Origin: a virus
Length of the DNA stretch: 64,000 nucleotides
Virus record (IMG/VR): IMGVR_UViG_3300038701_001599
Span: 1-64,000 of that record
Direction: 5' to 3' (one strand)
Shown in pieces: positions 24,244-32,775 of this stretch; within the stretch, counting starts at the first letter, position 1; every line of letters begins with the position of its first letter. The notes below the pieces were generated by a model that worked only from the letters and a program-made list of their open reading frames with translations, was not told where the DNA came from and ran no database searches. The position numbers were made by a program, and so were the translations under genes.

Positions 24244-25866
24244 ATGAAAATGGATAAAATAGTAACTTTTGATGGTTCTGTTGCACAAAAGTCTGAATGT
24301 AGGTTTATTAAAGGAGACTATTATAAGATAGGCAATCCAAGTATTAAAGATTCTGGGCAGTGTTTTAAACTCTTAAATAATACTACAGGGGAAAGTAAAT
24401 ATTATAGAATTAACTCTGGATATGTAGAATTTGACCACGAACAAAATGAATATGTTTTGAAAAACCAAGAAAACCTAATTCAGGGGTATGTAGATAAGAA
24501 AGGTACAATAGGATTTTTTACCCCTAATCAGTTTAAAAATGTTTATGTACAAACAGAAGCATCATTAACTGGGCGTACAGGTGTGCCATCTACAGGCACT
24601 CCTTGTATTGATGCTGAAACTGCAGAAGGCTTTGCAGACTTTCATAGCCTTGTAGACGGATTTTATTATTATTTAAACCCTAATTATAGTGAAGAAGAAA
24701 TTAAATTAGAGAAGGCGTATCATGAAAAATATAGAAGAAGGACGTCAACTAGAAAAATTTTATATAATAAGTTTGAGGAAAGTTATAATGCTGCAGAATC
24801 TAATATGTTTAAGTACATGATAGATACTTTTGAAGAAAGCCCTATAGATATTACAGAAAAAGCTAATCAAATTCATAGCTTATTAGGAGGACTAAGTTTT
24901 GGATATGAGTGTGAAACAAATTCAGGCAGAGTACCTGAAAAAGAACTTTATTTAAATGGAGTATTACCACTTAGAGATGGATCTATAAATGGACACGAAT
25001 ACACAAGTATTCCTCTAAGAAGCTCCAAGGGTGTCCAAGCTATGATTAACTTTTTTAATGTAGCAAAAGATTATTGTGGAGTAGATCAATCCTGTAGTCT
25101 ACACTTTCATATTGGTAATGTATTTAAAGGACTATCTTTACAAGAAAGAAAAGAACTTATGATTGCTATTTATATGCTGTATTACCAATTACAAGGCGAA
25201 ATTTGGGAAATTGTGCCTCCTTATAAGCGCAGTAATGATTATTTTAAGACAAAACGTGACTTTAAAGACCACTGTCAGCCACTTAGAACACTGGGCTTAA
25301 TGCACAATAGAATTATTACCAGAGAAGGGGAGATAGATGAAAAAGAGCTAGAACGTAGTTTTGCAGACCTCTTTAGATTCTTAAATGACGGTAGGCCTGC
25401 ATGTTCTGATTATAATATTAAGACTAGAACACATCATAAAGCAGGAGCTGCTAAGTGGAATATTACTAGTAGGTATTATGCTCTAAATTTATATAATGCA
25501 GCATTTTCTAAATCAGATACTGTAGAATTTAGAGCATATTCTGGAACAGTAAATCCAGATAAAGCAGTTAGCCTTTTATTAATTAGTGCTGCTATTATTA
25601 GATTTGCTAAAGAAAACACTAGAGAAATTCTCGCCCATAAAAATAAGTATAATTTAGAAGACATAGTATATTGTTATACTGATAATTTTGGACAAGAAAA
25701 AGGAAATAAATTTTATGAATTTGTAGCACAATATCTTATTAACTTTATTAGAGAAAGAAAGTCTAAGTTTCTTAATGCTTTCTTTGCAGATGATTTATAT
25801 GCTAATGAGTTTAAAGATGACTATAAATTTTCATTTTCTTGGGCTAAACAAAAATTATATGAGTAG
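24244..25866 (+). CDS. Glutamine-synthetase-fold amidoligase (Amidoligase_2-like)
   Basis: LSFGYECETN (G.E.E motif), CSLHFHIGN, VEFRAYSGT. Confidence 0.6.
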   Translation: MKMDKIVTFDGSVAQKSECRFIKGDYYKIGNPSIKDSGQCFKLLNNTTGESKYYRINSGYVEFDHEQNEYVLKNQENLIQGYVDKKGTIGFFTPNQFKNVYVQTEASLTGRTGVPSTGTPCIDAETAEGFADFHSLVDGFYYYLNPNYSEEEIKLEKAYHEKYRRRTSTRKILYNKFEESYNAAESNMFKYMIDTFEESPIDITEKANQIHSLLGGLSFGYECETNSGRVPEKELYLNGVLPLRDGSINGHEYTSIPLRSSKGVQAMINFFNVAKDYCGVDQSCSLHFHIGNVFKGLSLQERKELMIAIYMLYYQLQGEIWEIVPPYKRSNDYFKTKRDFKDHCQPLRTLGLMHNRIITREGEIDEKELERSFADLFRFLNDGRPACSDYNIKTRTHHKAGAAKWNITSRYYALNLYNAAFSKSDTVEFRAYSGTVNPDKAVSLLLISAAIIRFAKENTREILAHKNKYNLEDIVYCYTDNFGQEKGNKFYEFVAQYLINFIRERKSKFLNAFFADDLYANEFKDDYKFSFSWAKQKLYE

Positions 25867-26293
25867 AGGAAAAAATGCTAGAAAAAAAGGCCACGATTTA
25901 GAAAGATATAGAGCACGTTTTTGGCGTGCTCTTGACTTTCCCTATTGTAGAACTAGTCGTGCAGAAAGTAGACTTATGGATGATTGCGGCATTGATATTA
26001 CAAATATTCCATTCTTTTTTCAATGTAAGTCAGGTTATGAAAATAACCCTCCTAAGTATGAAATAGAGTACAATAATATTAAGTTTAATCTAGGAGAAAA
26101 CTTTCCAGAAGGGCACGAACATCACAATGTACCTATTATACTGGAGTGGAAAAGGGATAGAAGTGGCCCAAAGCATCCAGAAAAATGGACTTGGACTATG
26201 GATTATATAACAGCAGAAAAAATTATGACGGATTATTACAAGATGAAAGAATTACTAGAAAAAAACGGAATTGAATATGAAAGTAATTACTAA
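25859..26293 (+). CDS. PD-(D/E)xK nuclease, Hjc/Holliday-junction-resolvase-like
   Basis: ATG 25859 overlaps the upstream stop. KKGHDLERY..., MDDCGIDIT and FFFQCKSG form a G..E / D / (E/Q)xK pattern. The track start at 25775 is inside the previous gene. Confidence 0.4.
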   Translation: MSRGKNARKKGHDLERYRARFWRALDFPYCRTSRAESRLMDDCGIDITNIPFFFQCKSGYENNPPKYEIEYNNIKFNLGENFPEGHEHHNVPIILEWKRDRSGPKHPEKWTWTMDYITAEKIMTDYYKMKELLEKNGIEYESNY

Positions 26294-27501
26294 TGAAAAA
26301 GAATAAATTACAAGAGATTGAAGAATATTTTGAGACTGCGGCAATGTCGCAGTCTCTTTTATTAAGATATTCTAATCACCCCAGATACTTTGAAAGGGAG
26401 AAAAAGAAACAAAAAAGGAAAGAAAGAGAATTATATTATGAAGAGAAACAACATTTCTTAGATGGTAGTGCTGTAGACGTACTTCTTACTATGCCAGAAC
26501 ATTTTGAAGATTTATATTATATTGATAAATTAGAAATTAAGCCTAGTGATATTGTTATGTCTATAATTAAGTATTTAGCAGATCATAATATTTCTATAGA
26601 TGATACTGAAACTATTAGAGAAGTGGCTAATCAACATTCTTATGGTCAAAAATGGAGTGATGAAGTATTACAAAGTAGAATTATTAATGGAGGTACTTCT
26701 GGAAAAGGTTTAGTAGAAAATTTAGGTAGGATATATTACTCACATTTAGAAAAAAGTAGAGGAAAAGAAATTATTAGCAAAGAGGAAGAAAGTAGAATTC
26801 AAGCTTGTGTTAATGGTTTTAAGAATCATCCTAATACTGCTTGGATATGGAATAATACTGATCCTGAAATTGAAATATTATTTCAAGTACCAATCTATTC
26901 TAAACTTACTCACAGAGGCTATGATTTGCCTACAAAAGGACTTATTGATATATTAGTTATCAACCATAGTAAAAAAGAAAAAGTAGTCTCAGAAGCCTTT
27001 AAATTAAGTCCTAATACAGTTTTAGAAATAGATATTAAGACTACTTCTGGATATTTAGATAATTATGACTTTGATATTAAGAAAAGGAGATATGATATTC
27101 AACGTGCTTGGTATAAGAGGTTAATAACTTCTAAGTACATACCTAGTAATAAATTATTTTTTACTGTACCAAGTTTGCCTAAGCCTTTTATGTATGGATA
27201 TTCTTCTCCTTGTATAATTGTAAATAGTTTTGTTGAGCCAGACTATCCTAAAGTTTATAAATTTAGTTATGATGATATGCATTTTGCTAGTATGGGTAGA
27301 AATGTTTACAGTAGTGGTACTATTTTAGATGAAGAAGGAGAAAAAACTACAATGGAAATATTATTTAATTATAAAAACCCAATTATAGGAATACACCAAT
27401 TACTAGACAGATATGTTTATTTTGAAGAAAATGGTTATATTTGGGAAGAAAGGGAAAATAACGGAGTAGAAACAACAAATTTGTGGCATGTACAATCCTA
27501 A
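26293..27501 (+). CDS. RecB/Cas4-like PD-(D/E)xK nuclease
   Basis: GLIDILV ... LEIDIKTTSG (D.KT motif) ... DIQRAWYKRL (Q...Y motif). Confidence 0.45.
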   Translation: MKKNKLQEIEEYFETAAMSQSLLLRYSNHPRYFEREKKKQKRKERELYYEEKQHFLDGSAVDVLLTMPEHFEDLYYIDKLEIKPSDIVMSIIKYLADHNISIDDTETIREVANQHSYGQKWSDEVLQSRIINGGTSGKGLVENLGRIYYSHLEKSRGKEIISKEEESRIQACVNGFKNHPNTAWIWNNTDPEIEILFQVPIYSKLTHRGYDLPTKGLIDILVINHSKKEKVVSEAFKLSPNTVLEIDIKTTSGYLDNYDFDIKKRRYDIQRAWYKRLITSKYIPSNKLFFTVPSLPKPFMYGYSSPCIIVNSFVEPDYPKVYKFSYDDMHFASMGRNVYSSGTILDEEGEKTTMEILFNYKNPIIGIHQLLDRYVYFEENGYIWEERENNGVETTNLWHVQS

Positions 27502-28141
27502 ATCAAAGTTAAACTTAGTTTCTAAGGGGGTTTATAAAAATAAAACTCTTAGGTACATAGTTCCCACTTTAAAAAGTTATGGTAAAGAGTTTGTAGAAAA
27601 ACTTAGTAAGTTATCTTATAGAGGATTTACTATAGGAGATTTAAATTATTCTGATAGCTTATCAGATTATATATTTTGTATAGTATCAATAAATAATTAT
27701 AAAGCATTTAATGAATTACTGGATTATTTAGAAAATAAAGATTATTATGTTACTGATTATATATATAGTCTTACTAATAAATTACATTGTATTGTATTAA
27801 AGAATCCTAGACCAGAAGTTGTTGATAACTTTTTAGTAGGAAAATATAGTAAAATGTATAGTGAGGAAGAAATTAATAGATTTTTCCTAAAAACTGTAAC
27901 TATTAAGGGAGTAGAACATTATACAGAAGTATACGCTATTCTTACTAAAAGACCAGAATATCAAAATAAATTTATAGAAAATATTTATAAAGACTTTGGT
28001 ACTCAATTAGATTTAGTATCAGAAGACATGGAGTTAGATTATCCTCCTATACAATCAGAAGAAATACTTAATTTAGAAAAAGATAGTTTATTAGATTTAA
28101 TTCTAACCCAAAAAAATATTCTTTATGGAGTTAGCAGTTAA
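27488..28141 (+). CDS. Hypothetical protein
   Basis: ORF track; 217 aa. Confidence 0.6.
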   Translation: MYNPKSKLNLVSKGVYKNKTLRYIVPTLKSYGKEFVEKLSKLSYRGFTIGDLNYSDSLSDYIFCIVSINNYKAFNELLDYLENKDYYVTDYIYSLTNKLHCIVLKNPRPEVVDNFLVGKYSKMYSEEEINRFFLKTVTIKGVEHYTEVYAILTKRPEYQNKFIENIYKDFGTQLDLVSEDMELDYPPIQSEEILNLEKDSLLDLILTQKNILYGVSS

Positions 28142-28922
28142 CATTACTAGACCTAATACTAAAATAGATACTTATACTCCTAGAACTTTTGTTATAGGGG
28201 ATATACACTCAACATATCTTGCTTTAGCTGACCTGATAGATAAAATAGGTCTTAGAGAAAAAGACACTCTTATATTTTTAGGAGATTACATTGATGGGTA
28301 TCCTGATCCAGTAAATACTATAAAATATATTATTGATCTTAGTAGTCAATATAATGTAATTAAGATTAAAGGAAACCATGATTTATTTTTAGAGAGGTAT
28401 TTAAAAACTGGTATTCCTCCTTATGGTTGGTTTACTAACGGAGGAAAAACAACTTTTAATCAAGTCAAGAGTTATTTAAAAAATAATCCTCAAGAATATG
28501 ATTTATTTATGGACTTTTTTAATAGTCTTCATAATTATTATATAGATGATAATAATAATCTTTTTATTCACGGAGGATTTGATTATAAAAAGTCTTTATA
28601 TGAAAATAAAAGATTTTATGGAGAAGAAATATTTTATAATGATAGAGAATTAGTTCAAAAGGCCTTTAATTTACATAACAGCAATAAAAACAAAGTAAAT
28701 TTTTTACCTACACAAGAAATGTTTAAAGAAATATTTATAGGGCATACTACTACAGAAATTTATGATAAAAAAGAATATAAGCCTTTAAACTTTTTAAATG
28801 TATGGTTGTTAGATACAGGAGCAGGATGGACAGGTAAATTATGTGCTATGGATATAAATACCAAGGAATATTGGATGTCAGATTTTACTAGTACTTATTA
28901 CCCTACCTGGCAACACGATTAA
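28125..28922 (+). CDS. Calcineurin-like metallophosphoesterase (lambda Ser/Thr phosphatase / ApaH type)
   Basis: VIGDIHS, FLGDYIDGYPD, GNHD, FIHGG, IGHTT: the full metallophosphoesterase motif set. Confidence 0.7.
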   Translation: MELAVNITRPNTKIDTYTPRTFVIGDIHSTYLALADLIDKIGLREKDTLIFLGDYIDGYPDPVNTIKYIIDLSSQYNVIKIKGNHDLFLERYLKTGIPPYGWFTNGGKTTFNQVKSYLKNNPQEYDLFMDFFNSLHNYYIDDNNNLFIHGGFDYKKSLYENKRFYGEEIFYNDRELVQKAFNLHNSNKNKVNFLPTQEMFKEIFIGHTTTEIYDKKEYKPLNFLNVWLLDTGAGWTGKLCAMDINTKEYWMSDFTSTYYPTWQHD

Positions 28923-28940
28923 TAATTAAATACCAAACCA

Positions 28941-29759
28941 ATGAAAAAAATAAGAATATACTGGAGATACATAATTAAAGTCTTTAGTATATTAATAACT
29001 AAGGGGTATTATAAAGTAAAGACTCCAGAAGATGCTTCTGATTTAACTTATGAAACTGATACTGTAGTTGTCAGCGATCATAAAGTTATAGAAGAAAAAA
29101 TTAAAGAAGGTACTATTAGTAGAAAAGACAATTGGAAAATATTTGTAATTCTAGATGCAGGGCATGGCCCAACTACTTCAGGAAAAAGAAGTCCTGTTAT
29201 GGAAAATAATAAAGTATTCTATGAATGGAAATTTAATTTAGAAATAATAAATAGAATTTCTTATAAATTAAAGTCATTAGGAATTCCTCATGATATTGTA
29301 AATAAATACTTAGACCCAGACCATGGAAATGCTTTAAAAGAAAGAGCGTTTATTATTAACAATTTAATAATTCCACCTAAAGACTTATTTCCTCTAGTAA
29401 TATCTCAACATGCTAATGCTTGGGGAACTAATTGGAATAGTGCCAGTGGAAGTGAGGTGTGGGTTTATTATAATGGAGATAAAGATAGTAAAGCACATAA
29501 GGATAGAGTAGATTTAGCTAGTGTATTTTTAAAACATTATATTAAGAATTTAAAATTAAGAAATAGAGGAGTAAAATATAGACTTATAGATCAGTTTTAT
29601 TTACTTAGAAAAACTAAATATTTAACTATCTTTTTAGAGCCTGGATTTATGACTAATAAAAAAGAAGTAAAATTTTTAGATAGTGAAAAAGGAAAAGAAT
29701 TAGTAGTACAATCTTTTGTAGATGCAATAATTGAGATAAATAATAAAATTAAAACATGA
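28941..29759 (+). CDS. N-acetylmuramoyl-L-alanine amidase (Amidase_3 family) with N-terminal hydrophobic segment
   Basis: ILDAGHGPTTSGKRSP, EWKFNLEI, VISQHANA, LEPGFMTNKKE. Confidence 0.7.
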   Translation: MKKIRIYWRYIIKVFSILITKGYYKVKTPEDASDLTYETDTVVVSDHKVIEEKIKEGTISRKDNWKIFVILDAGHGPTTSGKRSPVMENNKVFYEWKFNLEIINRISYKLKSLGIPHDIVNKYLDPDHGNALKERAFIINNLIIPPKDLFPLVISQHANAWGTNWNSASGSEVWVYYNGDKDSKAHKDRVDLASVFLKHYIKNLKLRNRGVKYRLIDQFYLLRKTKYLTIFLEPGFMTNKKEVKFLDSEKGKELVVQSFVDAIIEINNKIKT

Positions 29760-29848
29760 TAAGCCAAACAACTGCAATGATTATAGCTATTGTAATAGGA
29801 GTAATAGCTATACAAATTTTAGAATATAAATCTAGGGAAAATGAATAA
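29756..29848 (+). CDS. 30-aa single-TM micro-protein (holin-like candidate), below ORF-track cutoff
   Basis: ATGA overlap with the amidase stop. MISQTTAMIIAIVIGVIAIQILEYKSRENE. Its stop overlaps the next start (29841). Confidence 0.35.
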   Translation: MISQTTAMIIAIVIGVIAIQILEYKSRENE

Positions 29849-30449
29849 TCTAATCGGTGTTACAGGACTTAAAGGCTCAGGCAAAGATACAGTAGCTAAA
29901 ATTATAAATACTCTCCATCAAAAGCAATATAAAACAAAAAGATTTGCCGACCCACTTAAAAGATTTGTAGCAGATATACTAGGCGTGTCTGTAGAGAAAC
30001 TTGAAGATAGAGAATTTAAAGAAACTATTTTAGGTAAAGAATGGTGGATTTATCAAAATCCTGATACTGGTGAAATATATCCTTATACAGACCCTCCAAT
30101 GTTTAAAGATCACCATAAGTTGATTAAGCTTACTCCTAGAATTTTTATGCAATTAATAGGCACAGACGTAGGCAGAGTTATACATCCTCAAATGTGGGTT
30201 AATGCTTTGTTTTCCAGTTATACTAAAGATAGTAAATGGATTATAGTAGACACTCGCTTTGATAACGAGGCTAAAGCTATTAAAGACAGAGGTGGGATAA
30301 TTATCAAGGTGGAAAGAGATGTAGGTATTACAGATACTCATGCATCAGAGAAAGGTATATCAGATGAATACATAGATATAGTTATTGATAATAATGGGAG
30401 TATGGAAGAATTAATTGAAAAAGTAAAGACTGCATTATATGCCAGCTAA
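29841..30449 (+). CDS. Deoxynucleoside monophosphate kinase (T4 gp1-like P-loop kinase)
   Basis: IGVTGLKGSGKDTVAKII and FADPLKRFVADILG resemble T4 gp1 (LSGVKRSGKDT ... LAGPIKDALA). Confidence 0.65.
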   Translation: MNNLIGVTGLKGSGKDTVAKIINTLHQKQYKTKRFADPLKRFVADILGVSVEKLEDREFKETILGKEWWIYQNPDTGEIYPYTDPPMFKDHHKLIKLTPRIFMQLIGTDVGRVIHPQMWVNALFSSYTKDSKWIIVDTRFDNEAKAIKDRGGIIIKVERDVGITDTHASEKGISDEYIDIVIDNNGSMEELIEKVKTALYAS

Positions 30450-30615
30450 GATTAAAATTAAAGTACAATATCCTGATGGTAGTTTTACTATATATGAAAG
30501 TATTAGAGAAGCTGCTGAAGGAGAAAATATAAGTTATGCATCGTTAAGGTTTTTATTAGCTACATCAAGTAAAATATGGTACAAGAAAAAACTATATATT
30601 TCAAAACTACAGTAA
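30439..30615 (+). CDS. 58-aa NUMOD1-like DNA-binding mini-protein (possible homing-endonuclease remnant)
   Basis: Found by manual translation: MPAKIKIKVQYPDGSFTIYESIREAAEGENISYASLRFLL... This resembles the F.S..EAA...GIS...I module of GIY-YIG/HNH endonucleases. Confidence 0.35.
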   Translation: MPAKIKIKVQYPDGSFTIYESIREAAEGENISYASLRFLLATSSKIWYKKKLYISKLQ

Positions 30616-30616
30616 A

Positions 30617-31000
30617 ATGATAAGATATAGTCTATTCAAAAAAGCAAAAGATAACCTCTTATCTAAAGAAGATTTAAAGATGACAAAGATTAATAAACAT
30701 ATGTTCAATAAGTTTATAAAGTCTGGAGATTTAGCTAGAGAACATTTTGATTATGATAGAGGGTATTATGATGTGAGTATATATTATTTTTTTGATAGAG
30801 GTAAGCACTTTTGTCGTGTATGGTTTGGTACTATAGACGACGGAGATTTTGGATCTTGGAATAAATGTAATACAAAGAAAGCTGCATTAGAATTAGTTAT
30901 AGCAGTAAAAAATAGATTTTCTTCAATTAATATTTGTCCTTCACAAAAAGAATTAAACAGTATATTTAAAGATTTGGGGGTTCAATTTAAACACGAATAA
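30617..31000 (+). CDS. Hypothetical protein
   Basis: ORF track. Confidence 0.55.
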   Translation: MIRYSLFKKAKDNLLSKEDLKMTKINKHMFNKFIKSGDLAREHFDYDRGYYDVSIYYFFDRGKHFCRVWFGTIDDGDFGSWNKCNTKKAALELVIAVKNRFSSINICPSQKELNSIFKDLGVQFKHE

Positions 31001-31013
31001 AAGTATATATAAA

Positions 31014-31217
31014 ATGAAAGATCCAGAAGAACTACCAAAAGACGCTAAAATTGAGAAGACTAAGAAAGGTACAAGCTATAGTTATTATGATAAGCGAAAA
31101 GGAACTACAGTCTATGGGTTTACTCCTAAAAAGAGTAAGAAAAGTAGACTGAAAAAGCATTTAAATAAGTTTGTTCAATTATTTGATTTCAGAGAATTAC
31201 AAAAAATATTCATATGA
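31014..31217 (+). CDS. Small basic hypothetical protein
   Basis: ORF track. Confidence 0.45.
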   Translation: MKDPEELPKDAKIEKTKKGTSYSYYDKRKGTTVYGFTPKKSKKSRLKKHLNKFVQLFDFRELQKIFI

Positions 31218-31375
31218 AAGATATTAAAGAATGCAGAGTTAAGAATTGTACAAAAGTAGCTTTGCCTGGCAAGGTCTACTGTATTAAACACATTCAGGGA
31301 CAGCGACAAGAGCGTCCTATCAGACCATCAAGCTCATATGGGACAGTTAAACAAAAAAGAAAAAGTACTAAATAA
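31214..31375 (+). CDS. 53-aa zinc-ribbon-like micro-protein
   Basis: Manual translation; ATGA overlap with the upstream stop. Contains C.VKNC...LPGKVYCIKH (C-x4-C-x10-C-x2-H). Confidence 0.3.
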   Translation: MKDIKECRVKNCTKVALPGKVYCIKHIQGQRQERPIRPSSSYGTVKQKRKSTK

Positions 31376-31529
31376 TCTGACAATAGTGTCTGGAATAGGC
31401 ATGTTTGTACTAACTGTAATAGGTTGGAATTATTGTTATACAACTATGGATTTTATAATTTGTACAGCTTTTATTCCTACAGGTATTATGTTAATTGCTA
31501 TTGGAAAAACATTAAACAATGATGGCTAG
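31338..31529 (+). CDS. Two-TM small membrane protein
   Basis: ORF track; hydrophobic segments IVSGIGMFVLTVIGW and IICTAFIPTGIMLIAIG. Confidence 0.45.
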   Translation: MGQLNKKEKVLNNLTIVSGIGMFVLTVIGWNYCYTTMDFIICTAFIPTGIMLIAIGKTLNNDG

Positions 31530-31671
31530 AGATTACATGGTAGTACTTACTATCTTGAGTGGTTGGAAGATAGTACCTTATACACCTTTAAATAGATTAC
31601 AGTATGGTACTAATCACTTTATAGGTAGTTATGAAGATTGTGAACTACAACTTAAAAACAAGCAACAATGA
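31522..31671 (+). CDS. 49-aa micro-protein
   Basis: Manual translation; overlaps the upstream stop and ends in an ATGA overlap with the next ORF. Confidence 0.3.
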   Translation: MARDYMVVLTILSGWKIVPYTPLNRLQYGTNHFIGSYEDCELQLKNKQQ

Positions 31672-31838
31672 TTGGATGGATCAAACGTTGGCTAAGCAGA
31701 CGCTGGCCTTTCTATATGCCTAAGAAATGGGTAGATGATACTTATGACTATGACATGAGAGCTAAGGGTATAGACCCTGAACAGCATAAAAATGATTTTC
31801 TAAACAAACTAAACGACAGATTAAATGGAAACAATTAA
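31668..31838 (+). CDS. 56-aa micro-protein
   Basis: Manual translation: MIGWIKRWLSRRWPFYMPKKW... Coupled on both sides. Confidence 0.3.
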   Translation: MIGWIKRWLSRRWPFYMPKKWVDDTYDYDMRAKGIDPEQHKNDFLNKLNDRLNGNN

Positions 31839-32079
31839 AGCTTTCTTTATTGTAATAAGTACTACTATACTTACTACATTCGCTATCTATGCTACAATGG
31901 ATAAAGATAGATGCAATATGCCTACTAAAGAAGAACTGACTGCTATATACAAGTCAGGATATTGGGCTGGTGCTGCTGCTGAAGCACACAGAGCTAATAT
32001 GATAGGTGTAGATACATTTGATATGGACTCAGCTTTTGTCCATGACAGCCTGCGATTTTCTAAACTAATAAATAACTAA
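31825..32079 (+). CDS. Small membrane protein
   Basis: ORF track; N-terminal TM segment AFFIVISTTILTTFAIYA. Confidence 0.5.
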   Translation: METIKAFFIVISTTILTTFAIYATMDKDRCNMPTKEELTAIYKSGYWAGAAAEAHRANMIGVDTFDMDSAFVHDSLRFSKLINN

Positions 32080-32451
32080 ATGAAATATTTAATATTTGTC
32101 TTTACGCTACTATCTACAGTAGCTAGTGCTCAAGTACAAAGTCTACATGGCAATTATGTAGATTGGGGTGGGGATATTCGGTATACATCTATGGATGTAC
32201 ATATTTCACATTCTAAGATTGTAGTAGTAGACAAGAATGTACTATATATCCAACCTATAGCTAGTGTAGATACATTGTCTATTTCAGAGTTTTATACTAA
32301 GGTTAAATATGTAACTGACTATGGTAATCAGTTTATTGTAGAGCATAATCCTGTCGGTATTGAGACAGTAGATTTTATTCTACCAGACAGTACCATAATT
32401 AAAATTCGGGAAATCTTTTATGATTATAATCAGGGTACTAGCGGCTATTAG
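32080..32451 (+). CDS. Secreted small protein
   Basis: Signal-peptide-like MKYLIFVFTLLSTVASAQ; starts immediately after the upstream stop. Confidence 0.55.
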   Translation: MKYLIFVFTLLSTVASAQVQSLHGNYVDWGGDIRYTSMDVHISHSKIVVVDKNVLYIQPIASVDTLSISEFYTKVKYVTDYGNQFIVEHNPVGIETVDFILPDSTIIKIREIFYDYNQGTSGY

Positions 32452-32611
32452 TTTATTAGCAGGATTGTTTGCTATTTTATCTATGTTTAAGTTTAGTCCT
32501 TATTTAATAGTAGCAACTATATTAATAGGCAATCCTGCTTATAAACTTTACAAAAAAATTGTATTTATATGCGCAAGATTAATAGACTCATCAATAAATG
32601 ATACTCTATGA
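32420..32611 (+). CDS. Two-TM small membrane protein
   Basis: ORF track; hydrophobic segments AAISLLAGLFAILSMF and YLIVATILIG. Confidence 0.45.
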   Translation: MIIIRVLAAISLLAGLFAILSMFKFSPYLIVATILIGNPAYKLYKKIVFICARLIDSSINDTL

Positions 32612-32775
32612 CAGATAATGAAATTGAAGAAAAACTTAAAAATTATTCTGAAAATGAAATAGTTGCTTTTTGTAGTGACTACTATACAGAAGGAGATGTT
32701 TTAATGTGGTTAGCAGAAGGTATTAATTATGACTTAATTTACGAGTGCATAGAAAGAAATGAATTATGGGATTAA
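32608..32775 (+). CDS. 55-aa acidic micro-protein
   Basis: Manual translation: MTDNEIEEKLKNYSENEIVAFC... ATGA overlap upstream; overlaps the radical-SAM start. Confidence 0.35.
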   Translation: MTDNEIEEKLKNYSENEIVAFCSDYYTEGDVLMWLAEGINYDLIYECIERNELWD

